In this document: in pieces, positions 27,566 to 42,525 of the stretch | Layout of the letters: each line of letters starts with the position of its first letter | How positions within the stretch are numbered: the stretch's first letter is position 1 | Assembly (NCBI GenBank): GCA_025603075.1 | Contig: MU626303.1 | Span: 59,302 to 123,301 of the forward strand | Source of the DNA: Neoconidiobolus thromboides FSU 785 | Taxonomy: Eukaryota; Fungi; Entomophthoromycota | Length of the DNA: 64,000 nucleotides | Direction of reading: 5' to 3' | Notes under the pieces: generated by a model | What the model was told of the DNA's origin: nothing | Databases searched by the model: none | Seen by the model: the letters and a program-made list of their open reading frames with translations, nothing else | Translations under genes and position numbers: made by a program

Positions 27566-28882
27566 CTGTAGTTAGAAAAATTATTTTAATTAGTCATTTT
27601 GAATTCTTTTATGGTAAACTAATTAATTTAGTAAATAATAAACATCATTATTAGCTAATTAAAATGTAACTATAATTTAAAAAATAACAATGTAAAGAAG
27701 AGTTTAAATATGTCTTTTTATACTCAATGACAGATAACATATAAGAGCAAAATTCCAAATATAATTATTTCATTAAAAAGCTACATTAATAGACAAAGCT
27801 GAGACTATATTTATTACTTTTTTAGTTATTATTAGTATTTTAATCAGCTATAAAGTAATAAGCATACACTCAGTTTTATCTACCACTATAGTTGAGTGTT
27901 TTATTTTCCAATATTAAGCAGCGATCTTTGTATTGAAGTAAGTTACCCTTTTAAAAGATGAATTAAGTTTCAAACAACAATAACTTTGTGAAAAAGTTCA
28001 ATATAAATTAAGTTTTTAATTTATAATGGTGTTTAATCTATTAATCTTTAAACAAGTAACATTATTATTTGCTATTTCAAGTAAAATATAATAAATAAAT
28101 CAAGAGTTCTTTATTATAGTACTAAGTTTTATATGCTATAAAATGTTTAATAATTTAGTAAATCAAGCTATAATTTTATACTTTACTGCCTTAAATCCAT
28201 AATATATAAATCAATATATAATATTTTAAACTTTTGTATGCCGTTTTTGAAGCTAATGAAATGACATTATTTAATTTGATAAAATTAATTTTATAAATAC
28301 TATAATAAACCACTTATTATGAGGGATTTAACTATAAACCCAGATGGTTCTATTACAGATCCTATATTGAATTAAATTATAATAGTTTATCATTAACAAT
28401 AGTTGATATCTTTAAATTCGCTAATCACTCAATTTAACAACTTGATCATATTAAACTGATTAGTGGTAAATATGTTCTATCATTAAAAATGTAAAATAAA
28501 ATTTCATTTACTAACTACTTGTTTAAGTTTATATTAAGCTGTTTTTGATATATCGACCAAATCAACAACAAAGGACGATTCTTACTAAACATAAAAGCAA
28601 TAATAAACCTACAATTTTGCTAATATATCGCAGCCTAGTTATATAAAAATCATAATAATAAAATTGAATACCATACAATCCTTTTCAATCACCATATGAT
28701 CAACTGTATCTAAAGTAATAAATAAACTAAACATTATGTAATCTTGATGATTGAAACAAATAATGGTAAATCTATCTAAAATGAATTATAATGGCAATAA
28801 AATCATCCTAAAGTAAGTGTTAGCTTAAGGTATATTTTATCAGTTTATAGACAATAGTTTTCTAACTTTAATTAAATTATAT

Positions 28883-29891
28883 TTAAGCAGTTTTTGGTTT
28901 AGCAAGTTCAACACCGTTAGTAGCACCGAGCATACGTTTAACATCACCGTAGATAGCGAATTGACCTGAAGTAAGGGCACCAACCATAACAATACGGGCA
29001 CCAAGACCGAGGAAGAGACCACGTGGACCAAGTTCTTTAGCCATAACAGCTAAACGAGAAACAATGGATCCTTCAGCACCCTTTTGTTTGTTAATTTTAG
29101 AGAGAAGGGTATCAGCTGGTTGAGAGATGATAGCGGCAGCAATACCAGCGATTAAACCAGCACCAAGATTGATATAAGTGTTAGTAGCTGGGGAGAGTTG
29201 TTCTTTTGGTTTACCAACAGAAGCGTAGATAGCTTCAGCGGCACGTTCGTAGACAACGAATTTAGCCATAGTATATGGAACTTGTTTGAAAAGAATTGGG
29301 AAGAAACCGGAGTAGAAACCACGGGCTACACCTTCTTCTTTAAGAATACGGGTGAAACCTGATACAAGGCCGGTAGCAAATTCAGGTTGAGAAACAAGAC
29401 GAATACGAGTGGCTTCAAGTGGGCAAAGGGCAATATCAGCGAAGAATTCAGCAATAGCTGAAGAAGCAAGATATACAGCAGTACGGTTGTTGGTGGCAGT
29501 TTCAACACCAACGGTTTCAATAATGGTCTTTTTCCAGAATTCATAACCTCCGAATTTAAGGGCACCTTGAATAAAGTAACCAGAAATGGTTGGGCCAAGA
29601 CCAGTAAGAAGGGCGCCAGCACCTTCGTTCTTGACTACTTGACGGAAAGAGCCAAGCATACCATCTTTGTAGACGGTTGGTTCAAGTTGCATACGAGTTT
29701 TAACCTAAAGGTTACTCAATATATTTCAATATAAATAGTCAAATAAAACAACTTACAACATCGACTGGGGTTAAAGCACCATGGGTGACAGCGCAGCAAA
29801 TGGCACCAGCAAAGGCAAAACGAGCATAAAGGGCAGCACCAGTTGGTGGAGCAGTTTCGCTTGGGTTACGAGCAATAAGTTGTGAGGCCAT
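28883..29891 (-). CDS. MIR1: Mitochondrial phosphate carrier
   Basis: [83 protein letters not shown]; one intron near 29705-29756. Confidence 0.97.
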
Positions 29892-31024
29892 AGTAATTGA
29901 TATCTAATAACTTCCAATAAGGAGAAGGTAAAATTAGATTCTAATTTTGATTTTGAAGCTTTTTATATTTCGCTCTTTGTTTGGGGTGTAATTTAAATTG
30001 AACCAATCATTTTCGGGGGCTAAATATTACCCTCTGGGACTTCATTGGCCCTTTAAATGGCCTAATTTATAATTTTGGGTTTTTGTGGAAATGATATCAG
30101 ATTAGAGAGAATATAAAAATATAAAAGTTGATATTCGATCTTCAATACTAACCCTTTGTTAACATTCCTTTACTTCGAATAAACTTCTTTTACTTTATTT
30201 CAAACAAAATTTACGAGGAGCGCAGCTGTAACAATTTAATCATAGCAGTTATTTTTAATTTATTGCTTATAAAAAGAATTTAATTTGTTAAAACGAGCTT
30301 TAAGTTTTCGGAACTAAATAAGCTGTTTAGCCGATTTCAATCAAAGTCCGATTCCTATTTATTCCTTTAGCTCCTCTTGAAGACAAAGTTTGATATCTAA
30401 GAAAGATAAACAATAGATAGCTAGCATTTTAATACGCTATAGTAAGCTAATTGATTTTTGCTTTTACAATAATATTTGAAAGCATTATAGTTAGCGCATG
30501 GCATTATGATTGGCTATAAAGCGTTAAAACCAGAACCATGTGAAAGTTGGAAATTTACAAATGGAAAAAATAATTAGCATTTTATACACTTACAGTAGTA
30601 AAGCAGTACTTCTATAATGGAATGTATATGTACTTATAATATAATTAAGCCTAATTGTTTATAAGATATTATAACTTCATATTTATTATTACTTTGAAAT
30701 TTATTACTGTGATCTCAAGTTTGCGTATTTTAACAAGCAACTTTATTTGAAAACAGCACATGACGTTATTAATTATGAATTGTAAAAAATAAGTGATGAG
30801 TTACCATTAGAAATAAATACTTAATTTACAATGGATGATCAAGTAGCCTAAAGTCATACCTGTTGATCACTAGAAATACCATATATCTTCCTATAAACGT
30901 AGTGAAACTGAGTCTATGGACTGACAAAGGACTTTATTGCTTTTCTTAAAATAATGAGAAGATAAATAAAAATTTCTTTTTAAAGAGCTAGTTTGAGCAA
31001 GTACGTATGATGGACTAAAATCTA

Positions 31025-32688
31025 CTATATATCCTCATCAAGTCGAGCTTTTGTATTTCGAACCTCTTGATCCCAATCAGCCATCATAGTTAGACCAACA
31101 GATATCAAGGCAATAAGGGCAGATCCAGAAGCAAAGCCAATCCAGAGCCCTTTTAACCCAAAATCAAAATGAAATGCTAATAGGATGCCAAATGGAATAG
31201 CTACAAAATAGAATACTGAAAAATTTAACTTTGCGCCTATATCTTGTCTTCCCATTCCTCTTAATATACCGTTTGCAACTCCAGCGGCAACATCGCCAAA
31301 CTATCGAAATAAAATTAATTACTATAAATGAACAAATAATAAATAATAAATATACCTGAAGTATAGCCAAAACAGGAAGCACATTAGCTACAATTTCTAC
31401 AATTTCTGGATCATCGTTATAAAAGCTCTTTAAGTAAGGTGACAAGATCAGGATCATAACGAAGGAAAATGACCCATAGATAACTCCAACGGCAAGACAA
31501 GAGAGTGATATACGTTTAGCTCTATTCGGATAACCCTTTCCAAGTATATTTCCTACTATATTACTAGATACTGTCCCTGCTCCAAAGGCCACTTGGTACA
31601 ATAACCCAGACATACCACTTAATGCCCCATGAGCTGCTAATGACCCAGTGCTGATATAGGAAGCAGAAAAAGCCATAATTTCATAAGCCCACCATTCTGA
31701 GCACACCATGATAACACCTGGAAGACCTAGATAGAGGATTGAAATTTTAAATTTGTAATATTTGAGATTAACAATATTCCTTACCTAGCTTAATAATTGG
31801 CTTCCATTCAGAAAAAGCTTTCCAAGTAAAGCCACCCCATGCCTTCCTCCCATCAATAAATACGACGTAAAGTACACCTAAAATAAATGAAGACCAACTT
31901 GTTATTGAAGAAGCAATCGGGGCGCCAATAAAACCCAACGAAGTACTTGGATGCCAAACTAATAAATAGTTTGAAATGGCACAAACTGGTAAATTTATAA
32001 TCAGGATATTTGCTGATGCGTTCATAATACCTTCATTCAATTATATAAAACAATATGCAAAGATTTAAAATTAGTTACCCTGAGCTTGTAAAAACTTTTT
32101 AACACATTCAAAACCAATAAAGGGAGGCACTGCAAACAACAACCATCTTAAATAAACTCCACATAACTCCGATAAAACTTCAGTTTGTCCAATGGCCAAA
32201 AGGATACTTTCAGCATGATACCAAGTTAAAGAGATGGGCAAAAACAGGCACATTGACGTCCAAAATCCTCTTTGAGCATAAACACCGACTTGTTTGATAT
32301 CGTTGGAACCAGTATATGCTTGAGAACATAAAGTATCTAAACAGGAGGTCATTCCTGTAGCAAAAGACCATCCAGTTATACTAGCAAACATTGCACTTAA
32401 AGCTGATGAAGCCAACTCTTCTTTTCCTAACCAACCAACAGAATAACTAGTTATAAATGGGTTTAAGAATTCTACTAAATAAGAGATTATCACAGGGATA
32501 CATATAATAAACGTAGAGGATATTTCTTTTAAAATTTCTTTTGCGTTGTATACTTCTACTGCTCTTATATCCCCTTTGGTATTTGTAATGGCATCCTCTT
32601 CTAACAATGTAACTGAAGAATAATTTTTATTTATGTCATTATGGTCAATCAACGTTGTCGTGCTGTCTTGCGGCTGTTCATAAGGCAT
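31025..32688 (-). CDS. MATE-family efflux transporter (paralog B)
   Basis: Same motifs and same three intron positions as 23017..24622 (ELASSALSAMFASITG, LDTLCSQAYTG, MVCSEWWAYE, LRGMGRQDIGAKLN). Confidence 0.93.
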
Positions 32689-32919
32689 TATTGCGATCTA
32701 ATTTTTTAATTATTGTTAACAAAGTGAGTTGATTTTCTATTCAATTTATTCTAAAAAAATAAACTAATTTTTAACTCTCACTTTTATTTAAACTGCGTAT
32801 ATATGAGGTTATCTTTTGTTTTAAAATTATAATCACAGACCAATTTAAATGCGAATGATCTTTTTAAATTTGTCATTGTATTCATTTAAAATTTTAATAA
32901 TCTAATTCTTTTAAAATAT

Positions 32920-33017
32920 GGGGATGTTTTTTTGATTTCATTACTTTTTCCATGTTTTAAGCACTATTTGAGTAGAATAATTGTTAGTAAAATTCTTAAA
33001 TAAAAAAATACATCCCC
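32920..33017 (+). mobile_element. MITE family copy 9
   Basis: ATAT-GGGGATG...CATCCCC-ATGT, upstream of MATE paralog B. Confidence 0.9.
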
Positions 33018-33356
33018 ATGTTTTTAAATCTTTTAAATAAAGTCCATGAAAATTTAAAAACTTTAAGTATATTTAAATTGAGATATGCGATGGGTTGCAT
33101 TTAATAAAAAATTATAATATAACAAATGTATAACTTAGATCAAAAAATAATATTTATATTTTATTTTATCCTTTGATCTAAATTTAATATTCTATATCTG
33201 TTCAAAATTATCAAAATACTTATAATATCATCCTATATTAAAAACATTATAAAAAAATAGAATTTATTAAAAGAATATATTAAGTTTAAGTTGATGAATC
33301 TCTACCAGCTGGAACGATTAAAGCTAAAATAAAGATTAATAAAAATTTACTATAAG

Positions 33357-34031
33357 TTAAATCATAAAATTACTTCTACAATCATCTCCTGTTAACCCTA
33401 ATTTACATTTACACCTACATTTACCATCAATTAAAACTGGAACACCTGAATTAAAGCAGCGAATTTGCGCATCACAAGCGGCATTAAAAGCGGATCCGTT
33501 TAAAGCAGAATCATTTAAGGCTTCTTTTGTACTAAGATTAGGATTATGAGAATGAGGTTGATTGATGGTAAAAACCAAAACCAAAGTTAAAGATGTAACA
33601 AGTATGGCCAACAGCACCAGAATTAGAACTAAACAACCAAAAGAAGGCTTTCCTCTTCGCCTATTTTTATAAGTTTGAGCTTCTTTTTTCCATATCTCCT
33701 GGTCATCGCCCCTCTTGGATGGAAATAAAGAGCGGCGTATACGTTCGCCAATACTTGATTTTTTATCTGAACTTGGTGTAGTTGGGAATTTTTGTCGGAA
33801 CTCGCTTAGTTCTTTTTCTAAATCAGTATTTAATTGATTTAATCGACTTTCTATCTTTTTTTCGGTTTCTAAATCTTTATGAGAATAGGGGACATCTACT
33901 AAAGTATACCCTTTCTCTTTTTCATAATCCATCAGTTGTTGAACCATCAAATTATCAGCTAGTAATCGATTTAGACTACTTCTAGTGTCTCTCTTCTCAT
34001 AAGTTGGTGGAGGGTATAATTGATTGCTCAT
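33357..34031 (-). CDS. Type II single-pass membrane protein with an N-terminal PPxY motif and a C-terminal EGF-like domain
   Basis: 224-aa intronless ORF: YPPPTY near the N-terminus, a basic KNRRRGK stretch, a hydrophobic TM (CLVLILVLLAILVTSLTLVLVFTI), and a Cys-rich C-terminus CDAQIRCFNSG...CRCKCKLGLTGDDC. Confidence 0.75.
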   Translation of the reverse strand: MSNQLYPPPTYEKRDTRSSLNRLLADNLMVQQLMDYEKEKGYTLVDVPYSHKDLETEKKIESRLNQLNTDLEKELSEFRQKFPTTPSSDKKSSIGERIRRSLFPSKRGDDQEIWKKEAQTYKNRRRGKPSFGCLVLILVLLAILVTSLTLVLVFTINQPHSHNPNLSTKEALNDSALNGSAFNAACDAQIRCFNSGVPVLIDGKCRCKCKLGLTGDDCRSNFMI

Positions 34032-34743
34032 GCTATGTTGAATTGGGCCGGCCTTAAAATTCAGTGAAAAAAATTAGTTAAAGTAAAGAATAAAAGGTAA
34101 AATGGAAGCATTATATGTGATGGTAAATTTATGGTCCTATACCCTTGCTTTTTATTCTTCATTGATTGTATTCATAAATAATAAAACCTCTCATTTTCAA
34201 CTTAAATAAAATGTTATTATAGGTTAATGCTGGTATTTGGTCTATTGTGTTGAAAACCTTAAGGTCCCCAACTCAATACTTTTATTTATTTAAACCCGTT
34301 CATTTCAAATATTAAGTTTTTTAAGCTATTTGTCAAACTTATACCTATTATTAATTTATTTCACTATTAAATAATCTTTATTTGAAGTTAAGACTAACAA
34401 TATATTATATTATATTATGGCATATATATATATATAACTATATGTTTTAAAGCAGTTGATCTCAATGTACACAAATTATTTTAATAAGTTCATTTCTAAT
34501 TAATTGTTCATTAATAGCTTCATTAATTATATTATATTGGAAGAGGGGTTCAATTTTGAATCATAACAATATCGATGTGCAAAAAATCAAATTTTATATT
34601 TCTAAATAAGAAAACTTAGATCAAATTTAATTTAATAAAAATCCAAATGACCCCGAAATAAACAAATTAATTGGCCAAAAACTCAACTTTTTATAATTGA
34701 CTAATCTCCCTTAATAAAGAATACGAATTTTTTATACTCAACA

Positions 34744-34968
34744 ATGTTAGGGCAAAAAGAACAAACGAATTATGATTTAAGAAACGAGTATATAAAACAA
34801 AGTGCCTTGGAAGTGCTCAATGATTACTCAATGTTAACCGCTCATGCTTATCATAAAAGAACTTCTATTTTAAAGACCGAATTGGAAATGGTTAGGGTTT
34901 TGATTGATTGCAAAGAACCTCAAAAGAAAATGAAGAATGTAATGAGAAATGTCAAGAGTTCAAGGTAA
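34744..34968 (+). CDS. Small hypothetical protein (74 aa)
   Basis: ATG-initiated ORF with coding-like composition in AT-rich surroundings, divergent from 33357..34031; no family recognised. Confidence 0.4.
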   Translation: MLGQKEQTNYDLRNEYIKQSALEVLNDYSMLTAHAYHKRTSILKTELEMVRVLIDCKEPQKKMKNVMRNVKSSR

Positions 34969-35329
34969 ACAGTAATGCTATTATAGTTTACCCTTTCGTT
35001 TTATTTTTTATAACACCACTTGTAAAAATTCAATAAATTTTTGCTATTGTTATGTCGATTATACTTTTTTAAAACGTTAAGCTTGTGAGGAAGTGATTTG
35101 GACTTAAATGAAGAAAGAATCTTAGCTTTTGGCAGCTTTTATTTTTATATTAGAAGTTTATAGATACACTATAAGTACAAATATGATAAGTATGCTAGAT
35201 ATTTCGAATAAAATATCTTAATTAAAATCTCTAGATCAATTGAACTCAAATTTAAATTTCAAATCTAAATTTCAAATCTAAATCTATTTCTCTTTTTTTT
35301 TCAGTTTGTACAGGAACCAACCACTATAT

Positions 35330-35423
35330 GGTGATGTTTTTTTGGCTTCATTACTTCATCTTTTAAGCACTACTTGAGTGGAAAATTTGTTAGTGGAATT
35401 CTTGAATACAAAAATACATCCCC
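35330..35423 (+). mobile_element. MITE family copy 10
   Basis: ATAT-GGTGATG...CATCCCC-ATAT. Confidence 0.88.
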
Positions 35424-35732
35424 ATATATTAAAGAAGAGCTTTAAATAATAGCGTTAAGGTGCTAAAATCATAGCTATTATAACTATAGGTAACCTTTAT
35501 AAGACAATTTTTAAAAACTAGGTTAAATGATAGCCTATAATATCATGATGAGTACCTAAAAATTGCTTGAGTTATAATAAGAGTTAATAGAAAACAACTT
35601 TGTAAAATAAGGAGGTAAAACAAACAAGTCTATAAACATAGTTTACATTAATTTTTTAATTTTATTAAAAACAAAAAAGTTGACTCAATCATAATAACTA
35701 TATAATTTAAAAGAGTTATGAATTAATTTACA

Positions 35733-36866
35733 TTATGTTTTAGAGAGATTAACTGGAGGTGTTAATCGTTTGATTTGAGAATTAAGCCAATCAATAGAAT
35801 CTACCAATACCGTATTAGAATTAAACATGTTGTGCTCAAGGTGCGGATAGATTCTTGTTAATTTATCAATAGTACCACTAAGGTCATAAATCATATTTGC
35901 TCCACGATAATCCAATACTTGATCATTACCACCTTGTTGAACAAAAAAAGGAGTTTGTAATCTTGGTAAATCGCCTACTAATTTCTTTGTTTCATTTAAG
36001 ATCATAATCATTGTTCCAATTCTGCAACTTTGTTGAAACATCAAAGGGTCACGCTTTACATAATCTTCATCATAAAAGGTACTATTACTTATTCTATTAT
36101 CTGCTGTTAACTTTGAAGCTTCATTTAATTCTAATTCTAATTCCTCCTCTTCATCATCATCGTTATCTGAAGACGGTATTGTTAACCTTGGAGTTAATTT
36201 TGCAACTAATTTACCAAAATTGATTAAAGCTGAATTGTTAACTAAAGAAGAATTAAGTTTAACGCAAGGTGATACTAAACTTAATCCTGAAACTGAATGT
36301 GGGTTATTTATACAATATCTTATACCAATTAATCCTCCTAATGAATAGCCCAATAAAAAAATAGGGCATCTACTATTATATTCTTTAACTCTTGTTATCA
36401 CTGTTTCTAAAGCATCTAACAATGGTTGCATTTCAGTCAAATCGACATGAATTCCATCACTCCTTCCATGACTTGGCAAATCTAAAATGTGTACTCTATA
36501 TCCTTCATAGCAATAATTCGGCACTAGTTTAGCAAGATAACCACCATAAGCAGCGATACCATGTAACATAATGATCTCAGCTTTAGGATTCTCCACATGA
36601 TTATGCAAACACCACGATTGCAAATATAATCTCCCAACTGGTCTTTTCTTTGTGTTCAAACATCCTTGGTTACTTTTTTCGGGTATTACTTGAATGTACT
36701 CTTCGTGCCACCAATATTCCTTACTTTCCCTTAAACTTATTTCAGATGGATGATATGGCATATTCCTCCTACCAAACGAAGGATCGGATACTTTTAAGCC
36801 CATGCTGCTACATATCCCATGTAAAAAAACTTGATAGAACTTGGATAAGTAAAAATCATTTAACAT
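35733..36866 (-). CDS. Alpha/beta hydrolase, monoacylglycerol lipase/lysophospholipase (Hydrolase_4) family
   Basis: MLHG oxyanion motif, DLPSHGRSDG, nucleophile GYSLG, QGGNDQV (Asp), LEHNM (His); intronless. Confidence 0.9.
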   Translation of the reverse strand: MLNDFYLSKFYQVFLHGICSSMGLKVSDPSFGRRNMPYHPSEISLRESKEYWWHEEYIQVIPEKSNQGCLNTKKRPVGRLYLQSWCLHNHVENPKAEIIMLHGIAAYGGYLAKLVPNYCYEGYRVHILDLPSHGRSDGIHVDLTEMQPLLDALETVITRVKEYNSRCPIFLLGYSLGGLIGIRYCINNPHSVSGLSLVSPCVKLNSSLVNNSALINFGKLVAKLTPRLTIPSSDNDDDEEEELELELNEASKLTADNRISNSTFYDEDYVKRDPLMFQQSCRIGTMIMILNETKKLVGDLPRLQTPFFVQQGGNDQVLDYRGANMIYDLSGTIDKLTRIYPHLEHNMFNSNTVLVDSIDWLNSQIKRLTPPVNLSKT

Positions 36867-37911
36867 TTTAGAATAAAAAATATTAATAAAATGATTAAAA
36901 TAAATAGAGAAATAAGATATAAAAAATAAAACTGTTGATTGAAGGGAAAATATTAAATTACTAATTTATGAGCTGAATTCAACTATTAAATTTACAAATA
37001 CCAATAAAATTCTTGTGTCAATGGTACAAAAAATCGTGATTATATTACTATTAATAAAGCTATAATTTTATACGAAATAAGCTGCCCAACTTTTGATTAA
37101 AGTTTATCCGCAATGCTTAAATTTTGTTGCAAGAACTGGCTTAAACTATAAAAGGGAAGACAATAGATTAAGTTCTAAATTAAGTAAATTTAACTTTGAT
37201 AAATTCTCTCCAATTACCCCTTAAAATCCAATTTAGATTGAAAAATTAAACTTATGCTTAAGGAAATAGAGAAGGTTTTTGGATAGATATTTATCTGGCA
37301 TTACCTAAAAATAGCAATTCGTTTAATAACGTTGAACAAAAACCTGAAACTTTATTGTGGTTATTGGTTGTAAAACTATTATTTTTGTTTAAGCCTCTCT
37401 TTATAGCTTTTATTTACTTAAAACTATAGTATTTATTAACATAATACTAGAACACTAGAATATTAGAAACTACTTAGTATTATGAATGGTAGTAATACTT
37501 ATGGTGTTCCAATTTTTATTCAAAATCCATAACATTTAAAACTAACTTATTTTTACAAATCAAGTTTTTTTACTAATCTGTATATTTTGATTTAGTAATA
37601 ATAAAATTGACATGAGTTGATAAAAATCCAAATAAAATCTTTAAATACCTTATTAATTTTACTTATGAAAGCATATTTAATACTGTATCACGTCTTACTA
37701 TAATTTGAAATAAGTTTGTTTTTTATTTACAATTTATAAGGTTTATTATTATTTACAAGTATACTTGGTTATTAATATTGACTTAAGTTTATATATTATT
37801 ATTTTATAATTGAAACAAACAATGTCTCCATTTTATAATATTAGTTTATAGAACTCAACTATAGCTAACAAAAAGATTATAAATGAATTAATAAAACTAA
37901 AAAATACAAAT

Positions 37912-38010
37912 GGGGATGTTTTTTTTGGTTTCATTACTTTTTCCATTTTTAAGCCCTATTTGAGCGGAAAAATCATTAGTCAAATTCTTAAAACACAAAA
38001 ATTCATCCCC
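37912..38010 (+). mobile_element. MITE family copy 11, with an AAAT/AAAT direct target-site duplication
   Basis: AAAT-GGGGATG...CATCCCC-AAAT; the flanks are a non-palindromic direct repeat. Confidence 0.92.
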
Positions 38011-38710
38011 AAATATAGAATATAAATAAATAAATCAAAATTGATAAATAGTAATACAAATTATATATAAATACATCAATCTTATACTTTTTGTTAATAA
38101 ACATAAAGATGATTAACTTGTGTAATAATTAAAAGTATTAAATTTTTTGGAACTACATTTAATATTAGTATATTAATATATGTATATTATCCTTTTCCTG
38201 AATTCCATATTAAATTAAATATTTTATTATAAATAGGTATTAAAGAATATAGCGATTTTTAATTTTACTGCAATCTTATTTTTACTTATTTGACATATGG
38301 TTTCAAAGTTATAAAGAACATTATAGTTTTATTTGTTTCAGTTTCTTTTGTTAAATAATAAAATTTATGTTATAGGGTTTAAGTTCCTATCCGTCGATTA
38401 ATAGTATAACAAAACTGTTATTCATTTTCAATAGTTGATATATATTTTTTATTGATAAAATAATTATAATAAAATGTTTAGAGGAAAAGGAAAGGTAAAT
38501 TAAATATTGACTTATCTTCATATATTAAACTATTTATTAAATTTTGTATTATTTTATTAACTATTGAGTTTTTTTTAATTTTCATAAAATATACCATTTT
38601 TATCTATGTCTCTTAAAAGGATTATATTTTTAACTTTTTATAAAATTATGAAACAAAATTACTAAACTAAAAAATTTAACATAATTTAATGACGAAATTA
38701 AAAATATCGT

Positions 38711-40765
<2,055 letters not shown>

Positions 40766-41292
40766 GGTTGAAGTTCTTGTTTAATTTAATTTGTAAAGTT
40801 TTTGTTTAATATAATTACTTTCGTTTCTTTATATACTTGTCATTGATAATCATCGTGGTTAATAGTATATACAAATGATATCATTCATTTAAGAGGAATA
40901 ATTTAAGTTAACTAAATCCTATTTTAGCGATAATAGATGGAGGCTTAAAATGGAGGCATAACAATAATGAAATTAATTTTCCTTTACTTTGACATAAAAC
41001 CCAACCTATGATTTAGTTATATCAGCTTAAATTGAATTTTATGTTTGTTTACTAGCATTTTCATATGTAAATTATTATCTAACCATTTATAACTTTTGTG
41101 AGGTTTTAACAAACATAGCCAATGATTTCATTTTATTGACATCATCAACTTTAAAAAAATTAAAATCACAAATTATAAAATAATCAAAATTTATTTTAAT
41201 AATATAATCAAAATTTATTTTAATAATATAATAATCAAATAATATAAGATTAAGTAAAATAATACAGCTAATGCACCTTCCATTCCATTAGT

Positions 41293-42525
41293 TTATGGTT
41301 GAATAAGTGGAGTACGTTCGTCATTGGAATGAGTTATAAGAAAAGAAGGTGGATGAACTACACCATTAAATAAAAAGGTACCATAAACAAGTAGTGAAAA
41401 CCCAACTACTTGAAGTAAACTAAATGTCTCCCAACCTAAAAACAAACTTACAAGCCAAATGAATAAGGTGCGTGATGTATCAATAGTTGAGCGAGAGGTA
41501 GCACTGATAGTTCTAGTTACGGATAATCCAAAAAAGTTAAAGAATGCAATTGAAAGTGCAATAAAGATAGCAGATATCCAAACGGTTGGATGATCGACTA
41601 TTTCATTCCAGCCATTTTGAATATCAAAATAGCCACCTGGATTACTTTGACCGAAGAAATAATTTAAAAATGGCATTGCTACTGTAATTGAAATGATGCC
41701 AAATAAACCTTCTAACCAAACACCATCGGCAGGGTATAAATGATATTGAGACATAATTTTTTCTTCCGTAACAAATTGGCTAGCTGAAAACATTTGTGCA
41801 AACAAAACTAATAAAACACCAACAAGGGAATTCTTGTTTTCAAGGCTAGCTACTACTATCTCATTAAGCAAATCATCAGCGGTATTTGGGATTTTTCTAT
41901 GAAAAAGACTACTAGCCCCAACCAAAGCAACGCCCAATACAATACTTAATAAGGCGGTCCATTGATATAGGAATAATTTCTTTTTTAAAAATAAAACAGA
42001 AAATAAACCAACAAATAACACGATGGAGCCTCTTAACATTTGATATACAGAAGCGGAGGTGTAAATAAGTCCGACATTCATCAATGTAGTACCACAAATA
42101 TCAAAAAGGCAAGGGATCCACATATAAAATATTTTATATCCACTCAAAGGTTCGGTAGGTAATGGGTTATTAAGAAAAATAGGGTTACCTTCTTCATCTT
42201 GATCTACTTTTGGTATACTATCTTCTTCTGGATGAGAATCAATAGTTACTGCACTCACTCCTAATAATTCATCAACACTGTCATCTACATCATTTTGAAA
42301 AATTCGCGCATATATATAAACGGCTATACAGGAAAATTCACCAATAAACATAATCAATGTTTGCCAAAGTGGTTGTTCAAAATACCTATGTTTATTTGGA
42401 TCTGGGTCATCACAGTTTCCTACACATTGACGATCTTGGTATTTATTTAAAATTGTGTTTGCTGTACCGGTAAACAACATACCAGCAACTAGCATTAAAG
42501 TATATCTTTGATTGATACCTGACAT
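41293..42525 (-). CDS. SLC35F6-like drug/metabolite (nucleotide-sugar transporter-like) membrane protein
   Basis: GMLFTGTANTILNKYQD, FEQPLWQTLIMFIGE, DICGTTLMNVGLIYTSASVYQMLRG, AFFNFFGLSVT...SATSRSTIDTSRT; intronless. Confidence 0.9.
   Translation of the reverse strand: MSGINQRYTLMLVAGMLFTGTANTILNKYQDRQCVGNCDDPDPNKHRYFEQPLWQTLIMFIGEFSCIAVYIYARIFQNDVDDSVDELLGVSAVTIDSHPEEDSIPKVDQDEEGNPIFLNNPLPTEPLSGYKIFYMWIPCLFDICGTTLMNVGLIYTSASVYQMLRGSIVLFVGLFSVLFLKKKLFLYQWTALLSIVLGVALVGASSLFHRKIPNTADDLLNEIVVASLENKNSLVGVLLVLFAQMFSASQFVTEEKIMSQYHLYPADGVWLEGLFGIISITVAMPFLNYFFGQSNPGGYFDIQNGWNEIVDHPTVWISAIFIALSIAFFNFFGLSVTRTISATSRSTIDTSRTLFIWLVSLFLGWETFSLLQVVGFSLLVYGTFLFNGVVHPPSFLITHSNDERTPLIQP

Noticed and set aside
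28840-29622. Alternative-frame ORFs over MIR1, malate synthase, the RRM genes and HPPD
   Set aside because: These arise from strong codon bias in highly expressed genes and have no independent coding signal.
30915-30991. Short matches (GGACTGACAAAG, AATGAGAAGATAA, AAAGAGCTAG) to 18356-18530
   Set aside because: The matches are 10-13 nt and not collinear, so they are too weak to call a second repeat family without alignment statistics.
36115-36175. Acidic DDDEEEELELEL insertion in the lipase cap region
   Set aside because: A low-complexity expansion in a variable loop, with no evidence of function.
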